Shown one piece after another: positions 6,564 to 14,889 of a DNA stretch of 15,464 nt; positions within the stretch are counted from its first letter, which is position 1; the number at the start of each line of letters is the position of its first letter. The DNA is taken from assembly GCA_039715015.1 (NCBI GenBank), contig JBDLIE010000059.1, positions 1 through 15,464 on the forward strand. The letters run 5' to 3'. The stretch comes from Thermodesulfobacteriota bacterium. Lineage in GTDB: Bacteria; Desulfobacterota; Desulfobulbia; Desulfobulbales; SURF-16. Position numbers and translations under genes: made by a program. The notes under the pieces are model-generated. The model saw only the letters and a list, made by a program, of their open reading frames with translations. It had not been told where the DNA came from and searched no databases.

Positions 6564-8540
6564 TTAATTTTCTTCGAGCTTTGCTGTGGCTTTTTCCAGT
6601 TTTTCCTGGCTATCCTCCCAGGTGGTATAGGCCCGCTCCAAGCGCCGTTCCAGCTCGGCGTATTCCTTGCTCTTATCCATGAATTTTGCTTGATCCTGGT
6701 AGAGTTCCGGGTCGGCCAGGATCTGTTCCAGGTCATTTTTTTGGTTCTCAAGTTTTTCAACCAACTTTTCATTGTCGGCTGCGGCTTTTTTTAAAGGGGC
6801 CAGGATTTTGCCTTGGTGCTGCCTGAGACGGGCCTGCTCTTGGCGGGCTTTTTTGCCCTTGGCAGAGGATGTTTTGCCTATGGGTGAAGGTGCTGCAGGC
6901 TTGCCAGTTGTTTGCCCCGGAACCTGCTTGCGCTGTTCCTGGGTCTTTGCGATGTAATAGCTGATATTACCCTCAAAGAGGGTGGATTTGCCGTTTTTAA
7001 TCTCCAGGGTCTTGTTGGTGAAATGATCGAGGAAGAAACGGTTATGGGAGACAACGATGATTGAGCCATCGTACTGAGACATGGCCTCCATGAGAATGTC
7101 CTGGCTTGTCATATCAAGATGGTTGGTGGGCTCATCCATGATAAGGAGGTTGGCAGGAGTGGCAATCATCTTGGCCAGGGCAAGGCGTGATTTTTCACCA
7201 CCGGAAAGCACTCCTACCTTTTTGTCCACATCGTCGCCTTGAAAGAGAAAGGTGCCGAGCAGAGAGCGGATCTGGCTGATGCTCTTGTCAGCATCGATCA
7301 TGTTCATGGTTTCCAGCACTGAGTAATTAGGACTAAGCTCCTGGGCCTGGTGCTGGCCAAAATAGGAGATGATGACATTATGGCCGGGCCGGATTGCACC
7401 CTTGTCTGGCTTAATAAGCCCACCAAGAAGCTTGACCAGGGTGGACTTGCCGGCACCGTTGACCCCCACCACAGCCATCTTATCTCCCGCTTCAAGCTCA
7501 AAACTGAGGTCGTTGAAAACTTCCTTGGCATCAAAGGATTTCTTAAGGCCCTCCACCACCATGGCCATCCGGCCGCAGGGGGATGAGGGAGGGAAGCGGA
7601 AGGAGATGTGGCGCTCGCTCTCCTCAAGCTCAATGATGTCCATTTTTTCAAGTTGTTTGAGGCGGGATTGGGCCTGCTTGGCCTTGGTGGATTTGGCCTT
7701 GAAACGATCAACAAAACGCATGGTCTGGTCAATCTTGGCCTGCTGATTGGCATAGGCCCCTTTGAGGATGCTCAGGCGTTCCTCTTTGTCCTGCACAAAG
7801 AAGGAATAGTTACCCTTATAGATGGTGAGATTGCCCAGGCTCAGCTCCCAGGTGTTGGTGGTCAGATTGTCTAGAAAAAGGCGATCATGGGAGATGATGA
7901 CCAGGCCGCCCTGGTAGGAGGAAAGAAACTCTTCAAGCCAGGTCAGGGTCTCCACATCAAGATGGTTGGTGGGCTCGTCAAGCAGGAGAAAAGCGGGGCA
8001 GGCCAATAGCTGTTTGGCCAGCATCAGGCGCATGAGCCAGCCACCGGAAAAGGTACTGCACTGCTTTTTGAAATCCGCTGTCTTAAAGCCAAGGCCCATG
8101 AGCACCTTCTCGATCTGTGACTGCATGGTAAAGATGTCAGCCTGGTCAAGTTCATGCTGGAGTTCGCCCTGTCTGGTGAGGAGTTCCTCCATTTGGGGCG
8201 ATTCTGAATCAACTTTTGTTAACTGGTCATGGATGCGATCAAGCTCATGTTGTTTTTGAATCAGATCGCTGAAGGCTTGCTGGGCTTCGTCGTAAAGGGT
8301 GCGATCAAGCTTGATGCCGGTGATTTCCTGGGGCAGATAGCCGGTGGAGTCGTTTTTTGCCTTGGTGACGATACCGGGATCTGCCTGGTTAACTCCAGCG
8401 ATCAATTTTAACAATGTCGATTTGCCGGCACCGTTGGAGCCCACGAGGCCGATGCGGTCGCGGTTATTTATCCGGCACGAGATATTGCGAAAAATATGTT
8501 TTTCCCCGTATTGCAGGGAGAGGTTGTTGATGGTAATCAT
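6564..8540 (-). CDS. ABC-F family ribosome-associated ATPase (YheS/Uup-like architecture), 658 aa
   Basis: Two ABC domains: Walker A GSNGAGKST and GVNGAGKST, signatures FSGGW and LSGGE, Walker B LLLDEPTNHLD and LIMDEPTNHLD. Inter-ABC linker YKGNYS...RFKAKSTKAKQAQSR, C-terminal coiled coil, no transmembrane segments. Confidence 0.95.
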   Translation of the reverse strand: MITINNLSLQYGEKHIFRNISCRINNRDRIGLVGSNGAGKSTLLKLIAGVNQADPGIVTKAKNDSTGYLPQEITGIKLDRTLYDEAQQAFSDLIQKQHELDRIHDQLTKVDSESPQMEELLTRQGELQHELDQADIFTMQSQIEKVLMGLGFKTADFKKQCSTFSGGWLMRLMLAKQLLACPAFLLLDEPTNHLDVETLTWLEEFLSSYQGGLVIISHDRLFLDNLTTNTWELSLGNLTIYKGNYSFFVQDKEERLSILKGAYANQQAKIDQTMRFVDRFKAKSTKAKQAQSRLKQLEKMDIIELEESERHISFRFPPSSPCGRMAMVVEGLKKSFDAKEVFNDLSFELEAGDKMAVVGVNGAGKSTLVKLLGGLIKPDKGAIRPGHNVIISYFGQHQAQELSPNYSVLETMNMIDADKSISQIRSLLGTFLFQGDDVDKKVGVLSGGEKSRLALAKMIATPANLLIMDEPTNHLDMTSQDILMEAMSQYDGSIIVVSHNRFFLDHFTNKTLEIKNGKSTLFEGNISYYIAKTQEQRKQVPGQTTGKPAAPSPIGKTSSAKGKKARQEQARLRQHQGKILAPLKKAAADNEKLVEKLENQKNDLEQILADPELYQDQAKFMDKSKEYAELERRLERAYTTWEDSQEKLEKATAKLEEN

Positions 8541-8607
8541 GGCTTTTGTTGAAGTTTAAGATGTGTGGCATCAGGTATCATATATTCGTCCCTTTAGCAT
8601 TGAGAAA

Positions 8608-9432
8608 ATGGCAATGACAGAAAACAGTAAGGTTTTCAGTACCAATTTTACCTCCTGGACTGACAGTGTCCGAAAGATATGTGAGGCTGGAGGATTAAAA
8701 GAGCAGGTAGAAAAAAATGGCAAGCCTGTCCTCATTAAACCAAATCTGGTTGAAAATCTGGCACCACCTATTACCACTCCGGTGCAGGTGGTTGAGGGGC
8801 TGGTGGCCTTCCTCCAGGAGGAGATTGCCGGGGTTGAGATTGTCATTGGTGAGGGGTGCGGCGCCACTGAGTATGACACCCACTTTGTCTTCAAGGAGCA
8901 AGGTTATGAAGAACTGGCAACAAAGAGAAGTGTCAGGTTGGTGGACTTAAATGATGAGCCGTTACAACATCTTGAGAACCCAAAGTGCCTTTGTTGGCCG
9001 GAGATGTATCTGCCGGAAATTCTTTTTGATGTTTTCTTGTTGTCGGTGCCGGTATTAAAGGCCCATAGCTTGGCCGGGGTGACCCTGACCATGAAAAATA
9101 TGATGGGAGCGGCACCGCCCAGCCATTTTCAGCAGGGTGGGGCGTGGAAAAAAGCGGCCTTTCACGCCCGGATTGATCCGGCCATCTTTGATCTCAACAC
9201 CTATCGCACCCCTGACTTTACCCTTCTTGATGCCACCATCGGCATGCAGCAGGCCCATCTCTGGGGACCAACCTGTAATCCCCCGAAAAATCGTCTGGCA
9301 GCGGCATCTGACCCTGTGGCCATTGATGCCTGGGGGACCGATCTTCTTGGTTTTGACTGGCAGCAGATTGGCTATCTTAAGATGGCTGATGGCGTCTTGG
9401 GGTCAGCTCGTTATGAACAGTGCATTATCTGA
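8608..9432 (+). CDS. DUF362 family protein
   Basis: Motifs VLIKPNLV, IVIGEG, VPVLKAH, VTLTMKNMMG and ASDPVAIDA. The ORF is open from GTG 8563, but ATG 8608 or 8614 is more plausible because 8563 is only 22 bp from the divergent ABC-F start. Confidence 0.85.
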   Translation: MAMTENSKVFSTNFTSWTDSVRKICEAGGLKEQVEKNGKPVLIKPNLVENLAPPITTPVQVVEGLVAFLQEEIAGVEIVIGEGCGATEYDTHFVFKEQGYEELATKRSVRLVDLNDEPLQHLENPKCLCWPEMYLPEILFDVFLLSVPVLKAHSLAGVTLTMKNMMGAAPPSHFQQGGAWKKAAFHARIDPAIFDLNTYRTPDFTLLDATIGMQQAHLWGPTCNPPKNRLAAASDPVAIDAWGTDLLGFDWQQIGYLKMADGVLGSARYEQCII

Positions 9433-9464
9433 GAAAGAGGAAACTTTAAGCAGGGTAAGAGTCA

Positions 9465-10277
9465 TTAGTTTTTACGGGAAATACCCATCTCGTGGCAAAT
9501 TTGGGTGGCGATCTCCTCAATGGATTTGCCGGTGGAAGAGATGTAAGGGATGTTGTATTTGAGGTAGATTTGCTGGGCCTGCTGCACCTCTTCCCGGCAG
9601 GTGGAGAGTTTGGCATAGGTGCTGCCCGCGTAACGTTTCTCTCGCATCTGGTGCAGTATCTCCGGCGAGGAGGTCAGGCCGATGGCCCGCTTGCGGTTGT
9701 TGATGATGTGTTCAGGCAGGCTGTAGAGGTTCAGGTATTCTGTGGTGAGCGGAAAGTTTGCTGACTTAATGCCCAGCTGGGTGGCAAGATAGACGCTGAC
9801 CGGTGTTTTGCCGGCCCGGGAGACACCAAGGACGATGAGGTCTGCCTCGTCGTATTCCTTAGGGTTTGTACCATCATCGTGTTCGAGACAATAATGGATG
9901 GCCTCCACCCGTTTGTCCATTTTTTCGTCGTCTTGATGGTGGGTAAAGCCGGGAGTGCGAAGGGCCTTGGCCTCAAGGCAGCCTTCAAGGCGATCAAGAA
10001 GAAAAGCAAAGCCGTCAAAGAACTCCACCTCAGGTTTGTCCAGGACGTTTCGAACCTCAGGGTCCATAATGGTGGAAAAAATAACCGGGCGCAGTCCGGT
10101 GGATTGGCTCATTATTTTTTCAAGTGCTTTCTGGGCCTCGTTTACTGTCTGGATGAAGGGAAAGGTCTCTTCATGGAATGAGATTTCCGGGAATTGACAG
10201 GTAAGGGCCTGGCCAAGAGATTCAACGAGAATTCCTGTTGAGTCTGAGATGTAATAGATATCTTTTGAGCTCCACAT
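9465..10277 (-). CDS. ppsR: PEP synthase / pyruvate,phosphate dikinase regulatory protein (kinase-pyrophosphorylase, DUF299), 270 aa
   Basis: YISDSTG at the N-terminus, RVEAIHYCLEHDDG, P-loop LGVSRAGKTPVSVYLA, and STGKSIEEIA. Confidence 0.93.
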   Translation of the reverse strand: MWSSKDIYYISDSTGILVESLGQALTCQFPEISFHEETFPFIQTVNEAQKALEKIMSQSTGLRPVIFSTIMDPEVRNVLDKPEVEFFDGFAFLLDRLEGCLEAKALRTPGFTHHQDDEKMDKRVEAIHYCLEHDDGTNPKEYDEADLIVLGVSRAGKTPVSVYLATQLGIKSANFPLTTEYLNLYSLPEHIINNRKRAIGLTSSPEILHQMREKRYAGSTYAKLSTCREEVQQAQQIYLKYNIPYISSTGKSIEEIATQICHEMGISRKN

Positions 10278-10336
10278 GGACCCTATCTTGCTCTATAAAA
10301 TTTTGTGTGGCAACGGAAAAGAGCTGACTGGTCTAT

Positions 10337-11131
10337 TTATGCCCTTAATGATCTATTGGGCATTTTTTCATGATCATTACCTGGTTTCATTTTCAGTTGT
10401 TGGTCAACTATGGCCTTGTCCGCAAGTTTTCTGATCAGCGGAGCGAGGCGCTGGTGATGTTCAAGGGTCTTCTCGATCATCTTTCTCATTTCCTGTGAAT
10501 GATCCCTGATTGGTTCAACCTCTTCTGAGGTCAGGTGAGCCATCCCTTGTTTTCTCTTATCTAGATAGCTGAGAATCTGCTGCCACTGGGCCTGACGATG
10601 GCGGGCCAGGGCCTGCTCTTCGCTGTGATCTGTTTTGGCAAGATCAGCTGCTGCATAGGGGTGCTGGCTGGTGATTTTGCTGGCGGTAATTTCAGCCTTG
10701 CTGAAGGTGGCGGATAGCGATGAAAGTGATCCCAGGTCCCCAAGATTAAGGGCACCGGCCACGGCCTGCTCCAAGTCGCCTTGATAGAAATCTTCAGCAA
10801 TCAGCGAAAGGGCGTCAAAGAGTTCGCCGATATCTTTAAGCTCTTCCTCACTTAAATCGCCCTGTACTTCATATGAAAAACTGTGGTTGTCGAGGCTCTG
10901 GCTCTGAAGAGCTGTTGCCTGTGAGGAGCTGGTTTGCCATTGGCTATAGCTGCTATGGGCCATATGGCTGGTGCTGCGCTGCAAGGAAACAGTATCACCA
11001 TCACTGGTGGTGATATCGATAGAAGCTTTTTCAAAGCTGGCGTGAACCTGGGTTGCTGATGTCTTGAAGGGCTGCAGGTCAGCTGGGTAGGAAGCAAGGC
11101 TGTTGAAGGCGGCTAAAGGTGAAAGGGCCAT
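10337..11131 (-). CDS. Hypothetical protein, 264 aa, sigma-28 promoter-preceded
   Basis: Long ORF with SD AGGAG 7 nt before the ATG. It has a Ser/Thr/Gln-rich N-terminal half, an acidic core (SIDITTSDGDTV...FSYEVQGDLSEEELKDIGELF...DFYQGDL) and a helical C-terminus, with no signal peptide or transmembrane segment. Confidence 0.85.
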   Translation of the reverse strand: MALSPLAAFNSLASYPADLQPFKTSATQVHASFEKASIDITTSDGDTVSLQRSTSHMAHSSYSQWQTSSSQATALQSQSLDNHSFSYEVQGDLSEEELKDIGELFDALSLIAEDFYQGDLEQAVAGALNLGDLGSLSSLSATFSKAEITASKITSQHPYAAADLAKTDHSEEQALARHRQAQWQQILSYLDKRKQGMAHLTSEEVEPIRDHSQEMRKMIEKTLEHHQRLAPLIRKLADKAIVDQQLKMKPGNDHEKMPNRSLRA

Positions 11132-11179
11132 GGTGTTCTCCTGATATAATGATGAAGACAGGTTATGTTATCAGGATAT

Positions 11180-11206
11180 GTATCGGCCTTAGGCTGGAAA
11201 CCTTTA
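11180..11206 (-). promoter_or_regulatory. Sigma-28 (FliA) promoter
   Basis: Minus strand TAAA (11206..11203), exactly 15-bp spacer, GCCGATAC (11187..11180), against the consensus TAAA-N15-GCCGATAA. The -10 element ends 48 bp upstream of the start codon at 11131. Confidence 0.85.
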
Positions 11207-11237
11207 GCCTAATTTGGTGAAGAAAATATGCTGAGAT

Positions 11238-11689
11238 TTAAGGAAGAACGACCAGGCAGTGGTCCTCACCGGTCAGTTTTTCATCGATGATTGCGACAAT
11301 GATTCCCCCGTCGCCACCGCAAGATCTGCGCCTATTTGGGAATAACAAATTTTTTACCAGAAAATTGTTATTTGATTTGGGCCAGAGCGCTGCGGATGGC
11401 TTCATAGTCGGCTTGGATGGTGGAGCTTGAATAATGAAATTGGCTGTAAGCGTTAATTATAAAGATGATATGGCCGTTTTTTGTTGATTTGGGCGCCAGA
11501 GAGAGTGCCGAGTTTATTGCGGTCTCCTTCCTGGGGGGCCAGGTCAGCCTCACAGGCATCCGGGAAAACATCTTTAATGGCTTTTGCTATACCGGCCCCC
11601 ATGGTGCAAAAGCAATTGCCGCCGTGAATAATGACATCAACATAATTATCCTGGGCAAGCTCAATGAGGTTGCCGGTGATAGTTTTCAT
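11238..11689 (-). pseudogene. Disrupted macrodomain (ADP-ribose / Appr-1''-p processing, Poa1p-like) gene, about 150 aa when reconstructed
   Basis: Successive frames give MKTITGNLIELAQ...IIHGGNCFCTMGAGIAKAIK, then IINAYSQFHY...ADYEAIRSALAQIK*QFSGK, then KICYSQIGADL, then GGDGGIIVAIIDEKLTGEDHCLVVLP* (stop 11238-11240). Lesions: +1 in the A6 run at 11477-11482, TAA at 11368-11370, -1 near 11350-11355 and -1 near 11319. Confidence 0.88.
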
Positions 11690-13902
11690 TTCAGCTCGTC
11701 ATTAATGTCATTACTTATATAGGCGCGTTGAAGGGCCTTTACCTTTTTAGCAACGGCAGAAGGCAGTTTAATGTCGTAACGGTCAACATACTCGGCACCC
11801 ATGCGGTGGGTATTGAAGGTTGGGATGTTAAGCTCAATATTCTTGATACATTTATCCAGGTAGAGTTCGTGAAGTTCTCTGTCGTAGAAGGTGTTAAGTA
11901 CCTCTGGCAGGATGGCATAAAGGGAGGCCGCGTCCTCTTCATAATAAAGAGATGATTTGGTTTCGCTCAGGCATGCCTCGGAAACGTCTGTTTCAATGCC
12001 GAATTTCCAGCCGGTAAGGCCTTCATGGTGGCCTTCTGCCCACCAGCCGTCCATGGTGGAGATGTTTGGCACGCCGTTCATGGCGGCTTTCATGCCGCTG
12101 GTTCCCGAGGCCTCCAGGGGTCTTTTGGGGGAGTTAAGCCAAACATGAACACCTGAGACCATTAGTTTGGCGATGTGCATGTCGTAACCAGAGATAAAGA
12201 CGAGCTTTGCCAGGCCCCTGGTTTTTGCATAAAGATCTTCCTGGACATCAAGGACCTGCTGGATAAGTTTTTTCCCTGGTTCGTCAGCTGGATGCGCTTT
12301 ACCGGCAAAGATAAAATTTACAGGTTTATTCTGGTCATTGATGATCTTGGCCAGAATGTCGAGATTGTCAAAAATAAGATCTGCACGCTTGTATGTAGAA
12401 AAACGCCTGGCAAAACCTATGGTGAAAACGCCAGGCTCAAGGGAATTATCATCATCTATCTGGGAAAGATAGTTTGGCGGATCGATCCAGGTCTCATGCA
12501 TCATTTTACGATGGTGCTGGAGCATATTGTTTACATAGCTGATGAGGGCGTCATTGTCTTCCTGCCAGGCCTGTTCAAAATAGGCCCGGAATTTCTGATG
12601 GGTCATTAACAGATGAGCATTTTTGAAGACCAAGGGGTTTTCCTGCCAGTTCTTGAACTCTTTAAAACTATCATAAAGTTCTGCTTTGGCATCGCTGATC
12701 CAGGTTAGGTGATGGACTCCATTGGTTATAGCTGTGATTTTTGGGGCAAATTCCGGAAATTGCTTCTGGGTTACGCCGCGATGCAGGCGGCTGACACTAT
12801 TGGTTGCCCTGTTTACCCGCATGGCAAAGGCGGTGAAGTTAAAGAGATTGCCTTCTTCGTCATCCAGGGCGAGAAGGTGGAGCATGCGTTGGCAGAAGTC
12901 GTGACCAAACTGACTGTATAGGGTTTTGTCAAAGCGGTCATGGCCTGCCTTAACAGGAGTGTGGATGGTGTATACGATCCTTTTTGCCACAGATTCCGCG
13001 GCCTCATTGATATCTTCATCAGTGGCAATAAATTGATATTCATCGCCCAGCTTTTTTTTAAGTTGTTCGGCAATAAGGTGAAGGACCACCACCACCCCAT
13101 GCTGTTCATTAAGATGAAGAATGTTGGAGGTAATTCCCAGAGCTCTCAGGGCCGGGATCACTCCGGCCCCAAGAAGGCGGCGTTGGATAATTTTTGACTG
13201 GGCAGTACGGCTATCATAAAGGTGTTGGGCCGCATCTTTGACCCAATCTGGGGAGGAGGGGATGGCGTAGTCGAGCAGAATTTCGGGGGTGAAAAAGTCC
13301 AAGTCTTTACTGATCTCCATCTTTAACCAGATCCGGGCGTAGGCACTGGTCTTGCGGTCCTGCTCATCAAAAAATGGAATTTCGATTTCCAGGGGAAGGT
13401 CGGGATTGTCGGGGTCCTTAAGCAGGTAAAGTGATGGCGTGTTTTCCGGTTGCCAATCAGTCGCCGTGGAAATCTGACCGATATGGGCATCGACAAGCTG
13501 TGAAAAATAGCCCTTACGGTACATAAGGGAGACGGCCACAGTGGGGATCTTCATCTCGGCCATGCTCTTTAGGCTGTCACCAGCCAGGATGCCAAGACCA
13601 CCACCGTAATTAGGGATCTTCTCCGGGCCGTGTAAAAAGAGTTTGGCATAATGGTCAAAGACGGAGTTGGTTGAGTCGGTGATTTCAAGGTCCCGAAGAT
13701 GTTTCTGGACCGGGTGGAAGACATCAAGGTCAGCACCGATCTCCATAGTTATGTAGACAACGGAGTTGCCTTCCGGGGAGGTGAGGTTGCCCCAGACTTT
13801 GTCCAGAGTTTCCTGGGAAACACCAAAAAAGGTGCCCCATTTATTTTTGGCAACCATATCCTTAAGAGCGCTTTCTGGGTCTGTTGTGGGATGTATGCTC
13901 AT
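11686..13902 (-). CDS. glgP: Alpha-glucan (glycogen/maltodextrin) phosphorylase, GT35, 738 aa
   Basis: YGGGLGILAGD, HLNEQH, YTIHTPVKAGHDRF, NSVSRLH, ITNGVH, GFARRFSTYKRADL, FAGKAHPAD, the PLP-lysine motif EASGTSGMKAAMNG, DGWWAEG and FNTHRM. Confidence 0.95.
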   Translation of the reverse strand: MSIHPTTDPESALKDMVAKNKWGTFFGVSQETLDKVWGNLTSPEGNSVVYITMEIGADLDVFHPVQKHLRDLEITDSTNSVFDHYAKLFLHGPEKIPNYGGGLGILAGDSLKSMAEMKIPTVAVSLMYRKGYFSQLVDAHIGQISTATDWQPENTPSLYLLKDPDNPDLPLEIEIPFFDEQDRKTSAYARIWLKMEISKDLDFFTPEILLDYAIPSSPDWVKDAAQHLYDSRTAQSKIIQRRLLGAGVIPALRALGITSNILHLNEQHGVVVVLHLIAEQLKKKLGDEYQFIATDEDINEAAESVAKRIVYTIHTPVKAGHDRFDKTLYSQFGHDFCQRMLHLLALDDEEGNLFNFTAFAMRVNRATNSVSRLHRGVTQKQFPEFAPKITAITNGVHHLTWISDAKAELYDSFKEFKNWQENPLVFKNAHLLMTHQKFRAYFEQAWQEDNDALISYVNNMLQHHRKMMHETWIDPPNYLSQIDDDNSLEPGVFTIGFARRFSTYKRADLIFDNLDILAKIINDQNKPVNFIFAGKAHPADEPGKKLIQQVLDVQEDLYAKTRGLAKLVFISGYDMHIAKLMVSGVHVWLNSPKRPLEASGTSGMKAAMNGVPNISTMDGWWAEGHHEGLTGWKFGIETDVSEACLSETKSSLYYEEDAASLYAILPEVLNTFYDRELHELYLDKCIKNIELNIPTFNTHRMGAEYVDRYDIKLPSAVAKKVKALQRAYISNDINDELK

Positions 13903-14234
13903 GATTTCAATGAGTTATGAATTGTTGGTCTGGGGTTGGTTTCAATGTTAAAAGATACTCTATCACAGCATGAGCATCAATGTCCTGTGATTAGGACTTT
14001 AAAAAAAATGGGAAGAAGTTGAAGTATTTAGATGACGTATCTAAGGCAATGTTATATTAAAAAAAATATTGAATTTTTGAAGAATGTTCTATAGGGTGTA
14101 AAAAATATTTTTCTAGCTATTATGCTGGGAAAGAGGTTCATGTTTTAATTGCATATTTTTTGGGGCGAAATTTTTTTTAGAAGTGAATCTCTTTTTTACA
14201 ACAAAAAAATCCATTTTTAATGAGGAGAAAGTTG

Positions 14235-14810
14235 ATGAGAGGAAATATATTAAAAGTAGTATGTGTTGCTGGTTTGATCGCCTCAGTATCTTTTTTTACT
14301 GCTGGTTGTACACCTAAACAGACTGTTGATTCAGACGACACTGGTGATTCAGCTTCCAGCTCAACCACAACCACATCAACAACACCCGACACTGGTGATA
14401 CTGCCGGCACCTATGAACCTATTGATTCCGGCAGTGATACTGCCAGTGCTGATGCCAAAATCTCTGAGGGCCGCACCAATGAAGGCCTGCTTCCTATCTA
14501 TTTTGATTTTGACAAGTCCAATATCCGTGACGATCAAAAAGCACGTCTTGAAGGCAATGCTGAATTCGTCAAGGCTGACAGCAATTTAAAAATTACCATT
14601 GAAGGTAACTGTGATGAGCGCGGTACCAACGAGTACAATATTGCTCTTGGTGAACGTCGCGCCCAGACTGCCAAGAAATACCTGATCAACCTCGGTGTTT
14701 CTGCTGACAGTCTCTATACTGTAAGTTATGGCGAAGAACGTCCCCTTCTCTATGGTCATGATGAATACTCATGGTCACAAAATCGCCGTGATGATTTTGT
14801 GATTAAGTAA
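14235..14810 (+). CDS. pal: Peptidoglycan-associated lipoprotein (OmpA-like C-terminal domain)
   Basis: SD GAGGAG at 14222-14227 favours ATG 14235 over 14220. Lipobox TAG/C (Cys25). Motifs IYFDFDKSNI, IEGNCDERGTNEYNIALGERRA, VSYGEERP and NRR. Confidence 0.95.
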   Translation: MRGNILKVVCVAGLIASVSFFTAGCTPKQTVDSDDTGDSASSSTTTTSTTPDTGDTAGTYEPIDSGSDTASADAKISEGRTNEGLLPIYFDFDKSNIRDDQKARLEGNAEFVKADSNLKITIEGNCDERGTNEYNIALGERRAQTAKKYLINLGVSADSLYTVSYGEERPLLYGHDEYSWSQNRRDDFVIK

Positions 14811-14833
14811 TCTTGTCCTGTAAGTATATCTCT

Positions 14834-14864
14834 AAAGCCGAGAACAATGTTCTCGGCTTTTTTT
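14834..14864 (+). terminator. Intrinsic terminator after pal
   Basis: AAAGCCGAGAAC (14834-14845), loop AAT, GTTCTCGGCTTT (14849-14860), running into a T7 tract. Confidence 0.9.
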
Positions 14865-14889
14865 ATGAGTTTTTAAAAGGAGTTTTCTT

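Noticed and set aside
6564..8540. ABC-F as an antibiotic-resistance (ARE) factor
   Set aside because: Architecture and context fit housekeeping YheS/Uup-like proteins. Subfamily cannot be assigned without an HMM search.
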